Position numbers and translations under genes: made by a program. From a virus (taxonomy: Duplodnaviria; Heunggongvirae; Uroviricota; Caudoviricetes): 64,000 nt of DNA. Below the pieces are notes generated by a model that saw only the letters and a list, made by a program, of their open reading frames with translations, searched no databases and was not told the DNA's origin. The stretch lies in the IMG/VR virus record IMGVR_UViG_3300012933_000323, positions 62,432 through 126,431 of that record; one strand, written 5' to 3'. This document shows positions 35,160 through 44,800 of the stretch, in pieces (within the stretch, counting starts at the first letter, position 1; each line of letters starts with the position of its first letter).

Positions 35160-35396
35160 TCAAAGATCTGCAGTAATTACATTGGTGAAATGATTGAATG
35201 AGACGAATACTTTGCCAAGTTCATCCTCTTCTTTGTACAAATTGTACACAACTTTATAACAAAACTGACCACCGTTTGTAATCCCGATAAACTTAGCATC
35301 CGAAATTATTACACCGTATGCGTTAGAAGTAACGAGAGACGTCAGATTTGCTGGACTTAACGTAGTCAGTTCTTGAAGTTTTTCTGCTGTAATCAT
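35160..35396 (-). CDS. hypothetical protein
   Basis: 78-aa ORF. Confidence 0.4.
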   Translation of the reverse strand: MITAEKLQELTTLSPANLTSLVTSNAYGVIISDAKFIGITNGGQFCYKVVYNLYKEEDELGKVFVSFNHFTNVITADL

Positions 35397-35397
35397 A

Positions 35398-35679
35398 TTA
35401 GATTTTTGACAAGAGTGAAGGAGAGCAAGACCACTGTTGGTTAGATGCTGTAATCACTTTAATTGTTTTGTGGTTAATCTTAGTGATTGTGCCTTGTTCA
35501 ACGTAGCCAAACTTTGAATTCCATTGCACTTTATCACCAACACGGAGTGCTACGGCTGCGTTATGTTGACGCATAGACTGAGCATGCTTAAACATACTAG
35601 CTACTTTTTTGTAATCTTCGCCGCTCATTTTCATCATGAGTGAATTGATTGTTTGGAGTTCTTGTGTAGTGAGTGACAT
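35398..35679 (-). CDS. hypothetical protein (KOW-like GDKVQW...G.I motif)
   Basis: 93-aa ORF. Confidence 0.4.
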   Translation of the reverse strand: MSLTTQELQTINSLMMKMSGEDYKKVASMFKHAQSMRQHNAAVALRVGDKVQWNSKFGYVEQGTITKINHKTIKVITASNQQWSCSPSLLSKI

Positions 35680-35702
35680 GATTTTATTCCTTTACGATTG
35701 AA

Positions 35703-35867
35703 TTACTTAACAGATTTCATTGCAGAAATACCTGCAGCCATCAGACCTAAGCCAGCAATTGCGAGTGCAACAAGTGGAAACAATTGCGAATCAGTTGCGT
35801 TATCTAAACCGCCGGCTGCTCCCATAACAAGAATGAGACCGATGAATGTACGAATGGAACCTTGCAT
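35703..35867 (-). CDS. unlisted 54-aa membrane protein (MQGSIRTFIGLILVMGAAGGLDNATDSQLFPLVALAIAGLGLMAAGISAMKSVK)
   Basis: Found by manual translation. It has a GGAGtaaattATG ribosome-binding site, two hydrophobic helices and an early promoter upstream. It is too short for the track, which instead lists a plus-strand shadow ORF 35698..35901. Confidence 0.4.
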   Translation of the reverse strand: MQGSIRTFIGLILVMGAAGGLDNATDSQLFPLVALAIAGLGLMAAGISAMKSVK

Positions 35868-35905
35868 AATTTACTCCGTTTGGTTGTTACGTTGTCGATA
35901 GAGTA

Positions 35906-35934
35906 ATTATAACAAGATTTTTGTACCTGTAAAC
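35906..35934 (-). promoter_or_regulatory. early-type promoter GTTTAC-17-TGTTATAAT (minus strand), perfect T4 early consensus
   Basis: The reverse complement shows -35 GTTTAC, a 17-nt spacer and an extended -10 TGTTATAAT. Confidence 0.55.
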
Positions 35935-35977
35935 AAAAAATGAACTTTCTTCACATTTTTATGAAAAAAGTTCACTT

Positions 35978-35995
35978 TGTATCAAAAATGATACA
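35978..35995. promoter_or_regulatory. second copy of the palindrome (T)GTATCAAAAATGATACAC
   Basis: It lies about 77 bp upstream of the -10 at 35906, the same geometry as the copy at 3145..3164. Confidence 0.4.
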
Positions 35996-36010
35996 CAATT
36001 TAAAGAAAAT

Positions 36011-36421
36011 TTAAACAGATTCTACAAATTGTCCATCTTTAACTCTAAAATGCCGTACATTACCTGACGACCGTGTATATGCACGTCCGCCATCAATCAT
36101 ATTTCCATCAATAAAGATACAATCGTGATGGCTTTGGCTGTACCAAAGTTTGCCATCTTTGTCTTCAATCATGTCAAAGTCAAGTTCTTCAACGTAGTCA
36201 GCACCGGTAATCATAATGTGGCCGTTGATTGGATTGTAAAACATCCCAAAGTAACGATTGCCAAATTGTGGATGCGGTGTACTACGATAAAAGATATCCA
36301 TAGGACGGTCAGAAGCTTTTAGATCACTTGTACAAACATATGTAATTGGTACACCATCTTTTTCTTGATAGTGTTCAATGACAGTTTGTCGATTAAAAAT
36401 ATTTGCGTGGTTGATATCCAT
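36011..36421 (-). CDS. hypothetical protein
   Basis: 136-aa ORF. Confidence 0.45.
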   Translation of the reverse strand: MDINHANIFNRQTVIEHYQEKDGVPITYVCTSDLKASDRPMDIFYRSTPHPQFGNRYFGMFYNPINGHIMITGADYVEELDFDMIEDKDGKLWYSQSHHDCIFIDGNMIDGGRAYTRSSGNVRHFRVKDGQFVESV

Positions 36422-36582
36422 TATTGGACCTCTGGGTAAATCGCGAGAATTGTAAAGTGCGGCATTACTTTACGAAGATGATCACGCACAGCCACTGGAT
36501 TTGGGCCATACGCAGAAATTGTTTTCTTTTGGTTTGTTTTAGTATCAAACCCAAAGACTTCAAAAAGTGTAGTAACGATCAT
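36421..36582 (-). CDS. unlisted 53-aa ORF (MIVTTLFEVFGFDTKTNQKK...), TAATG-coupled to the downstream gene
   Basis: Found by manual translation; it has a GGAGttaatATG ribosome-binding site and its stop overlaps the next ATG. Confidence 0.3.
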   Translation of the reverse strand: MIVTTLFEVFGFDTKTNQKKTISAYGPNPVAVRDHLRKVMPHFTILAIYPEVQ

Positions 36583-36624
36583 ATTAACTCCAAGCATTGA
36601 AAAATTAATTATACACCAACTTAT

Positions 36625-37113
36625 TTAAATATCGCCTTCATAACCAGCAGGTACGATTAAACCACTGTCTAATACGACACCATTGATTGTGTGAGGTTCA
36701 TTTTCATCATAAGTCCAGCCTAAATGTTTCATCATCTTATGTTTAACCAAAAGATTAGGACTACGAAAGACTTCGGTATCATCAAAGCCAAGCATCACGC
36801 CAATTTCGCAAACTGCACCACTACGACATACACCAGCTACGCAATGAACAATCACGTTCATATGATTTTCTTTAGCGTGTTGTAATAGTTCAACCAACTG
36901 CTTTGCTTGGTCATCTGTGACTTTGAATTCTTCACCCCAAGGATCATCCTTCTCTAAGTCTAGAAACTCAAATTGGTGAGTCTCTTTAAATTGATAGAGC
37001 GGTGTTGGGAATTCCATTGCTGGATCAACAATCTGGATCAACATGGCATTAATACCAGGATTGATATGGTGGCCTTTTGTAATATCAGCCAGTGCTACGT
37101 TTTGAATCCACAT
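36625..37113 (-). CDS. protein tyrosine/dual-specificity phosphatase (CX5R)
   Basis: P-loop VHCVAGVCRSG. Confidence 0.6.
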   Translation of the reverse strand: MWIQNVALADITKGHHINPGINAMLIQIVDPAMEFPTPLYQFKETHQFEFLDLEKDDPWGEEFKVTDDQAKQLVELLQHAKENHMNVIVHCVAGVCRSGAVCEIGVMLGFDDTEVFRSPNLLVKHKMMKHLGWTYDENEPHTINGVVLDSGLIVPAGYEGDI

Positions 37114-37121
37114 ATATGTCC

Positions 37122-37565
37122 TTAAGGATTAACCAAGAATGTTGACACGTCGATGTAGCCAACGTTCTCAAAATATCCAGCAGCAGGATTACTTTGAGTT
37201 ACGTATTCGCCACCGTCAACTTCAAATTTAATGCTAAAGTCTGGGTTTGGTTTATCGTTTTCAATTCGCCATTGTTCTTTAGCTTTCATAGCCAAATTAG
37301 CATCTTTGAATACCCAGATGACTTCGCCTTGGCCTCTCGCTGTACCAAAGGTATCACCACTATCGTATGTCATATACAAAACAAATACTGGTTCGCCTGC
37401 TTTGACATCAACTAAACATCCGAGCTTTTCTTCGGTATAATGGTTTTTGCTAGTTAGGCTAACGCCATCTACGCCAAAGTCGTAACTACTACGCCAATCG
37501 CCGTATTGCTCGCCACTATGGTAACTTTCAGTGCAATTTTGATGGTACTGTACAAATAAATCCAT
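37122..37565 (-). CDS. hypothetical protein
   Basis: 147-aa ORF. Confidence 0.4.
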   Translation of the reverse strand: MDLFVQYHQNCTESYHSGEQYGDWRSSYDFGVDGVSLTSKNHYTEEKLGCLVDVKAGEPVFVLYMTYDSGDTFGTARGQGEVIWVFKDANLAMKAKEQWRIENDKPNPDFSIKFEVDGGEYVTQSNPAAGYFENVGYIDVSTFLVNP

Positions 37566-37575
37566 TTTTCTATCC

Positions 37576-37761
37576 TTAGTTATATCGTGTTAGCAACTCT
37601 TGCGCACGTTGGTTGACATCTTTCATATGTACATCCAACTTTTTCTGAGCGGCGTTACGATCTTTCTTTTCTTTCTGCCATTCTTCCCAAAGTTCCAATG
37701 CTTTAGAACCTTTAGCTAAGATGGAACCTTTATATTGAACTTCTTTCATGATGCGTACCAA
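37576..37761 (-). CDS. small hypothetical protein
   Basis: 61-aa ORF. Confidence 0.3.
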   Translation of the reverse strand: MVRIMKEVQYKGSILAKGSKALELWEEWQKEKKDRNAAQKKLDVHMKDVNQRAQELLTRYN

Positions 37762-38219
37762 ATTTCGTCAAAACCTTCTTCCAAGGTAGGGGGATTATCT
37801 CTTAATTGATCTGCCATTGACAGTTGAACACTTCTAGGAATGTTTTTACCAGGGCGGTTAGACAATCGGCGCTGAAGTTCTTCATCGTCTGGTGTTTTGA
37901 AGACAACGGCAATCTTATAGTAATCAGGCAACATATTGAATTTCTTCTTACGAGCCTTTACAGATGTTGATGTCTGATCCCAAATAATATCACATTTGTT
38001 AGCTTTACAAACTAAGACTTGATTTGCCATTAGCTTTACAGCAACAGGCATACGTTCGTCAAAAACTTCGTTATATGTTTTGCCTTGCTGAGTTGCATAT
38101 TCATCAATGTAGAAATCTGTTGAAACAACAGGGATGCCGATTGCCCAATCTTGATTCTTAATCCATGTGGACTTACCAGAACCAGGTACACCGACTAAAA
38201 CATATAACTTGTTTTTCAT
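37746..38219 (-). CDS. P-loop kinase resembling the T4 polynucleotide kinase kinase domain (PNK-like, no phosphatase domain)
   Basis: VLVGVPGSGKSTW matches T4 Pnk TIGCPGSGKSTW. Confidence 0.5.
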   Translation of the reverse strand: MKNKLYVLVGVPGSGKSTWIKNQDWAIGIPVVSTDFYIDEYATQQGKTYNEVFDERMPVAVKLMANQVLVCKANKCDIIWDQTSTSVKARKKKFNMLPDYYKIAVVFKTPDDEELQRRLSNRPGKNIPRSVQLSMADQLRDNPPTLEEGFDEIWYAS

Positions 38220-38629
38220 AACTTACGTTGCCTTTTTGGTTCTTTTGTGAGCTTTTCTTCGGCCTCTTTCACGCCGTCTTCAATGATTCCATCAAGTTTC
38301 TGTTCAATAATTGTTAGAACCTTACCAGACATTTCTTGTACTTTATCATTTTCAGAAACTTTCTGAGCAGCATATGCACCGACCATTGTGTATGCTGTCT
38401 TCTCTGTCGGCAACAGGATCACCACCCAAGCTGCTACAATGGCAACCCAGAAGCCTTTCCACATGCGTGAAATACTTCGCTTGGCAGGTTCGGTGTCACC
38501 AGCACAATAATCAGTATAGTGAATAGCATTGCCAACGACAGTTAGCGTGCCAAGTGCACATAAAAATATGAAGAACTTACTGATGCCGCTTAGCAACGAA
38601 ATTGCGTAAACCAATAATGCGAGATCCAT
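38216..38629 (-). CDS. membrane protein
   Basis: 137-aa ORF with three hydrophobic segments. Confidence 0.4.
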   Translation of the reverse strand: MDLALLVYAISLLSGISKFFIFLCALGTLTVVGNAIHYTDYCAGDTEPAKRSISRMWKGFWVAIVAAWVVILLPTEKTAYTMVGAYAAQKVSENDKVQEMSGKVLTIIEQKLDGIIEDGVKEAEEKLTKEPKRQRKL

Positions 38630-38649
38630 TTTACTTCCTTCTTATTTAA

Positions 38650-39033
38650 TTACATTGATTTGTACATCGCACTGGTCGCGACGAACGATTGTTTCCAAGT
38701 CCATTCATCAAGTACCAATTGATTAAAGATGTGTTCTTCAATCTCAATTGTGTCTTCTACAGATAGTTCAAGCATACGAATTGCTCGATTGTAGTTATCT
38801 GCATAAGCAACTGGTTCTTGCGGAATTCGTTTCATTTTTGCGATTTCTTTAAGATCACCAGTGTTAGCCAACTTCAAATTGGTTTTTGCTAGTTTTGCAA
38901 CAACAACCTTGAAGTCAATGACTGATTCGTCATAATCAATAAGATGCTTTGCAGCATTATCTTTAACGATCTTGAGCAATTCAAGACGATTCATTTTTAC
39001 ACTTTTCATAACATTCCTTTTATTATCTAACAT
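38650..39033 (-). CDS. hypothetical protein
   Basis: 127-aa ORF. Confidence 0.4.
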   Translation of the reverse strand: MLDNKRNVMKSVKMNRLELLKIVKDNAAKHLIDYDESVIDFKVVVAKLAKTNLKLANTGDLKEIAKMKRIPQEPVAYADNYNRAIRMLELSVEDTIEIEEHIFNQLVLDEWTWKQSFVATSAMYKSM

Positions 39034-39039
39034 ATTATA

Positions 39040-39585
39040 TCACCAATCTGAAGATGGACTTGACGAACTATCAGAAGAACTCCAAGAAGATGAACTATCT
39101 GATGAACTTGACGAACTTGAAGAACCCCATGAATAGCTTGGGGATTCATCCCTGTAACTTGGCGACGTATCTTTGTATGGTACATCATCATTACGACTTG
39201 AGCTTCGAGAAGTGTCGCTATGTGAACTCATGATGTTATTAATCACCATTGCGGTTACCACATTATCAACGAAACTGTCATCTTGCTTTGTCACTGTTTG
39301 CGCAGTAGGTTTGTTATCAGCATAAATGTACGTTCTTGGTTGGTTCTTTGCCGCTTTTTCTAACTCAGCTTTGCGATCAGCATCTTGCTTAGCAAGGGCT
39401 GCTCTTGCGTAACGCTTGCTTTCAGCTTCGCGAGCTTCACGCCCACGGCGCATGATTTCTTCATTCAATTCATTGCGCGCTTTTTGTTTAGCACGGCATG
39501 ATTTTACAATACTAACAATCATGTAAATTCCAATGAAAAGGATTAAGGAGGCAAAACCTCCTAAGATTAGGAGGTCTTCCATCAC
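39040..39585 (-). CDS. membrane-anchored protein with charged helix and Ser-rich low-complexity tail
   Basis: N-terminal TM segment, a KQKARNELNEEIMRRGREAREAE helix, and a C-terminal SSSSSSSSDSSSSWSSSDSSSS tail. Confidence 0.4.
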   Translation of the reverse strand: MMEDLLILGGFASLILFIGIYMIVSIVKSCRAKQKARNELNEEIMRRGREAREAESKRYARAALAKQDADRKAELEKAAKNQPRTYIYADNKPTAQTVTKQDDSFVDNVVTAMVINNIMSSHSDTSRSSSRNDDVPYKDTSPSYRDESPSYSWGSSSSSSSSDSSSSWSSSDSSSSPSSDW

Positions 39586-40931
39586 TTGCCTTTCGATGTA
39601 AATTTATCTAGCAGTTGTTTACCGATCTCGCTTTGGGCAAGTCCTTCAAGAGCTGCACCAACATTGCTACCACCTTGTGAAGTAAACAATTCACCTAGTG
39701 AACTAATACCGCCAGTGACGGTACCGCTGTTAGCAATAACCTTGATGTCTGCTTTATCCAATGCGCGAGCTTGTTCAACACCGATTGCCTGGTTAGCTTC
39801 AACTTGACGAATTGTGATAAGGTACTGTTGGTAACTTTGGTTCTCGCCGATTTCTTTAGCAAGGACAATCTGTGCTTCAACTGGAGCAAGTTGTAGTAAC
39901 TTTTCAGCTTCAGCTTTAGCTTGACCGTTAACCAATAGACCTTCAGCTTCTCGTTTCTGAGCTTCAAGAGTACCTTCAGCAATTAGAACCGTTTTCTGCT
40001 TTTGACCTTCGGCACTGATAACATCAGTTTGCTTACGTTCTTCAGCTTGAACAATATTAACGTCTTTAGTAATCTCTGCAGCTTTCACGTTTTCAACACG
40101 TTGAACTTCCATTGATTTTTCAGCAGTTACTTTTTGTTGCTGTTTGATGTCTTGTTGAGCCATCTCATTGGCAATACCAACCGCTTTATCTTTCTCAGCC
40201 GTTTTGATACCAACTTGTTCAGCAGCCAATTGGCGATTAATTTCAACTTCACGTTGAGCATCAATCTCAGCATTTTGAGCAGCTTTCTTGTTAGATGCAA
40301 CGACGATTCGTGATTCTTTTTCGATCTCGGACTTTTTCTTGTCCATGATATTCTGAATTACTTGTGAATCTCGACTGTCTCGAATGTCCATCAGTTCGAT
40401 GTTCTTAACAGTTGTAACACCCCAAGCTTTGAGTTGTTCGTTAACTTCTTTTGTGAAAGCATCACCGAACTCAGAACGACCTTGCATGATTTCTTCAATC
40501 GTTTTGCTTGCAAGAATTGTACGAGCAGCACCTTGAAGAATAGACATCAATTGTGAACTAAGTTCTTGGAAACTAAATACACGTTGAGCCGCAATGTTTG
40601 AATTCTCAATACGGAAGAATGCTTCAAGGTCAAGTACGAATGGCAAGCGACCGTTGTCATATGCTTCATAGTCTTTCAAGCGCAAACTAAACACAGATAC
40701 TGGAAGTTTGATAACTTGAATACCAATTACTGGAATCCAACTTGGCCACTCATAGTAAGTATTACCGTCTGCTTGATCTTTACCGTAAGAAACGGTTTGT
40801 TTTGAACTTTGGATAATGTGTACTTCATTAGTGCTTACAACACGACGAAGACCTAGAATCCAAAATACGATTGTTAATGTAAATGCAATAGCAAGCATTA
40901 GTCCAATTGTGGGGAGGAGTGCGATTTCCAT
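39582..40931 (-). CDS. flotillin-like SPFH/Band-7 membrane protein
   Basis: N-terminal TM segment, an SPFH core, and a long flotillin-type Ala/Glu/Gln-rich coiled coil (AEQVGIKTAEKDKA... EAQK). Confidence 0.6.
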   Translation of the reverse strand: MEIALLPTIGLMLAIAFTLTIVFWILGLRRVVSTNEVHIIQSSKQTVSYGKDQADGNTYYEWPSWIPVIGIQVIKLPVSVFSLRLKDYEAYDNGRLPFVLDLEAFFRIENSNIAAQRVFSFQELSSQLMSILQGAARTILASKTIEEIMQGRSEFGDAFTKEVNEQLKAWGVTTVKNIELMDIRDSRDSQVIQNIMDKKKSEIEKESRIVVASNKKAAQNAEIDAQREVEINRQLAAEQVGIKTAEKDKAVGIANEMAQQDIKQQQKVTAEKSMEVQRVENVKAAEITKDVNIVQAEERKQTDVISAEGQKQKTVLIAEGTLEAQKREAEGLLVNGQAKAEAEKLLQLAPVEAQIVLAKEIGENQSYQQYLITIRQVEANQAIGVEQARALDKADIKVIANSGTVTGGISSLGELFTSQGGSNVGAALEGLAQSEIGKQLLDKFTSKGK

Positions 40932-40942
40932 TTTTGTCTTTC

Positions 40943-41743
40943 TTACTTATTCACAACCACTTGACCTTTGAAGTCACGTGGAACGATGATGGTATTGATA
41001 TGACCAGCCAATGCAGCTTGTGAGTAGTTCAACTCTGCTTGTGCTTGGATGTAAGCAATAGATTGTGCACCTTGGCTTGATAGTGCTTGCATACGCTGAG
41101 CTTCAAGTTTCGCGGTTTCAACCTCTACTTCTTTCTGACGCTTTTCGTTTTTAGAACGAACCAATGAGTTAGCAGACTCAACAACGATGTCGGCTGGAAC
41201 TACACTACGAATAAGAACTTGCGTAATATTGATAGCGCCGTCAAGACCTTCATCATGCAATGTTTTCTGAATTTGCTCTTTAATTGCAATTTCCATAGCT
41301 TGACGGTTATCACCCATGTCAAGAGCTTCGTATTTGCGAGCTTCTTTGTACATTGCATTACGAGCCGCGTTGTAGATGTAGTTAAACATCAAGTAAGTAT
41401 CACCGTCATGACGAACGTGGAATGCTTTAGACTTTGTGTTGTAAAGTTCAGCAACCTGTGACTGGTTCAAACTGTAGATAACAATAGCATCAACATCTTT
41501 CATTGTTGAGTTATCTTTAGCAACCGGTGTCATGTCATCAAGTTTGACGTTGACATCCTTAACTGGAAATGTAAGAACATCGCCAACTAGTGTTTGGTTC
41601 CAAGAACCTGGTACCAACTCTGTCGTGTTGACTTGTTTGTTGATATCAACACGAAGGCCGACCTCACCTGTCTCGATGCGAGTGCACCCAGTGGTAAGGA
41701 CGGCCAGTGCGCCAATAATGGCAAAAGACTTCAAAATTTTCAT
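40943..41743 (-). CDS. SPFH/Band-7 domain lipoprotein (prohibitin/HflC-like)
   Basis: Lipobox LTTGC, an SPFH core, and a C-terminal coiled coil. Confidence 0.5.
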   Translation of the reverse strand: MKILKSFAIIGALAVLTTGCTRIETGEVGLRVDINKQVNTTELVPGSWNQTLVGDVLTFPVKDVNVKLDDMTPVAKDNSTMKDVDAIVIYSLNQSQVAELYNTKSKAFHVRHDGDTYLMFNYIYNAARNAMYKEARKYEALDMGDNRQAMEIAIKEQIQKTLHDEGLDGAINITQVLIRSVVPADIVVESANSLVRSKNEKRQKEVEVETAKLEAQRMQALSSQGAQSIAYIQAQAELNYSQAALAGHINTIIVPRDFKGQVVVNK

Positions 41744-41801
41744 ATCTTTCCTTCTTCAAAAATACACCAAAATTGGTGCGATATGAAAATTATAACATAG
41801 A

Positions 41802-44800
41802 TTAGTTAAAGTATTTCAAGAATTTTTCATATTCCTTAGGATAATTCACTCTAAAATCTCTAACTGATGTAAATGTGTAGTCCATGTTGTTTTCGGTGCC
41901 AGCCACTACAATGGTTGGTCCGTATGCAGATGGTTCTAAAGTAATTTTATCTGATGGAGATTTAAATTCTGTGAAGTCACAAACGTTTTCAGGGTTTGGC
42001 CCATTTGGCAGAATGCCATTAATAAATGTGTATGTTGTGTAGTTCATCTTCTCATCAATCTGTTCTGTTAAATAATCTTTAAATGATTTCTCTGTCACGG
42101 CTTGTTGGTATTTCTTTAATAGATCATTCATATCCGTTGGGCTGATTAGTTCTACTTCATAGGCTTGGTAAATCTTAAACTGTGCATTTGGTGTAAATAC
42201 ACACCATTCTGGCGAACGAATACTATCAGATCCTAAACCAGCAACTTTATAATCAACACCCTTTGTACCAAGCGCTGCGTTCATCTTAAAGATGTAACCC
42301 TTGGTACCGTAGCGACGTGAAAATCCAGTATCACCAACATATTGCTGAGCTTTATCAATAATGTTTGAACCGTAAATACCATCACCAAGCATACGGCCAA
42401 CTACTAAAGAATCACCAGACTTAAGAACTCTAAAGCCATAGCGTAGAATCATTGAAGCACCAATAGAACCAGTTCCATGGAACATTGGGTTAATGATTTC
42501 TTCACCTTCGTGTGAGGCCATCCATGCCTTTTGTTGTTCTTCTTGGATAGGGATAGACACTTTAAATGATTTGATGACTCTTAGTGTAGTATCACCGTGA
42601 CGGCCATTTCGTTTGTTTCTATGTAAGTCAACTGAAATTCTGTCGAGGTCTTCTTGTGAAGCATTAACAACTTCAACCTTTTGACCTTCTAGTTTGCCAT
42701 GACTGTAATCGTTATCCTTAACATCTTTGATGTAAGCATCCATTGTATCAAACGTCTTTGTGAATTTAGCAGGCACTTTCGTTTCGGCGTTAGATACGTT
42801 ATTGTATTTTAGGATTTCTTTGATACGTTTCTTATCTAGTTTTTGGTAAGGTACAATTGGGCTTTCATCATTGTGCAATAGGCCTTCAACAGTTGAAGAG
42901 AACCCAGCTTTCGTTAGGTAACTTTCTGCCATACGAGCACGCATGTTATATGACATTTTGTCATACATTTTTTGAGCACCAGCACGATCTTCATCTACCA
43001 TATTATCAAAGTATTCCTGCACAGCACCAACGTTGTCTTTGAAATAGTTTGATTGTTTCTTAATCCATGTGGCGTCGTCCATAAGATCTAATGTACTATT
43101 AAAGATTGCGTCCTTTTGAACTTTAGAAATATTCTTATAGTCTTTAGTGTTAACATTCTCAAGAATATCGCTAACGCTATGTTGACGATTACTTTGCTTA
43201 ATCATCTGGAATGTTCTTGTTATTGCAGAATCAATGTCATCTTTAAATGCATCAGTGTATTCGTTAATCGCAAGCATATCGTTCAATGTACTAACTTGCG
43301 TAGTATCTATGAAGATACGTTTCTTGTCTGGGTTAGAAAAATATCTCGTGAAAATTGTTGTCTTTTCAGCTTCATCAAAATTACCAACGGTATTTGAAAG
43401 ATTATGATAGCCAATCTTCTGCAATTCTGTATCGGATAACGCGGCAATAAATTCAGAGTCAGTTAAAGCCATAGTGCCAGTCGCATTATGAATAAACATA
43501 TATGCTGGTTTTGTCTTTGCGTTCAAATCTTTATATGTGAATACCTTGCCTATGCCAGCAACACTGTTAAGTATTGATGTAGTATCACTCTTTCTACCAG
43601 ATAGTTCGTTAAGTGTCGATAACTTAAATACAATATCGTTCAATAATGTAGTTTGTTCATCTGATGTCAAAATATCCCAAATGTTATTTCTTTGGGTGAT
43701 ATGAGTATACACTTGATTGCTGTACGTGTCGATATTTCTCATGTCCAACGCAGATTCGTGAATCTTGTCTGCAATGTCTTTACGCAAAGAAGCATTTGCA
43801 CGAACCAATCTAACAAAATGCGAGAACATTGATGTCGTACCAGGTACTGTTCCCATGCTACGAATTCTTCTTAAGATTGTGTTAAGATCAACACCTGCTC
43901 CAATGATGAATGAAATAAGATGAGTATTTAGTTTATCAAGTTTTCTATTTTCAGCTAAAGATAGTGTATATGAGAATACGTTCAGAACATTTTCATGGTC
44001 AGTACTTGACATTCGTTTCTTTACGAACTCATCTAACTTAGCAATTAGTTTATCTGTCAATAATTCGATGTCGTAACCACTTATATAGCTAAGAATGCCA
44101 CGAATGAATATCAACGCTTTAATATCGTCAAACTGATCAATGATTTGAATAAGTTGTTGCTCAATTGATTGTAAAGCTGTAGCACTAAACGGCTTGGCGC
44201 CGTATGTAGTTGTTAGCAAACGATCAAAGTCATATCCATAACCGTAAGTACCGGTTGTTCTAATAGCGTATGCTAAGATGATGTTATCTTTATCTGATTT
44301 GGTTAAATGGTATTCGTTCATGATCGCTTTGATCGTATTGTTATTCCAATCAAATTCAGAATCAGCGTATGATAGAACACTTGTGCCGTTTACGTTTTGT
44401 ACACTTGAACCAAGTGACATGATGAACTCATCAACGGTTTTAAATTTTAAGTAAGAGTTAATAAATTGTATGTTCGGACCACCAGAAATATATCCTGGAC
44501 GAATGCCGTGATCAAGTTTAGAAACAGTTTCTTTTGCTTCTTTAAGATTAGCTGCATTTGGGTTATCAAACAAACTCTTGGCTAAACCACCAAATACATT
44601 TTGCATTGTGTATTTGAACTGAGCATAATCACATGCATTAATAACACCATCAAACAAACCGATATTTTGCGCAATCAGAAGCCTCTTTACCATGTGCGCA
44701 TAATTTTTTGATAAGCGAATAGCACTATCAATAGTACCGGACATAGTACTTAATACATTTTTAGTTTGTACGTTTGCAGTAATGAATTTTGCAAGTTCTT

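Noticed and set aside
39040-39130. Poly-Ser/Asp stretch as a tandem DNA repeat or contingency locus
   Set aside because: It is in-frame low-complexity coding sequence (TCN/AGY/GAY mixed codons) at the C terminus of a membrane protein, not a perfect nucleotide-level tandem repeat.
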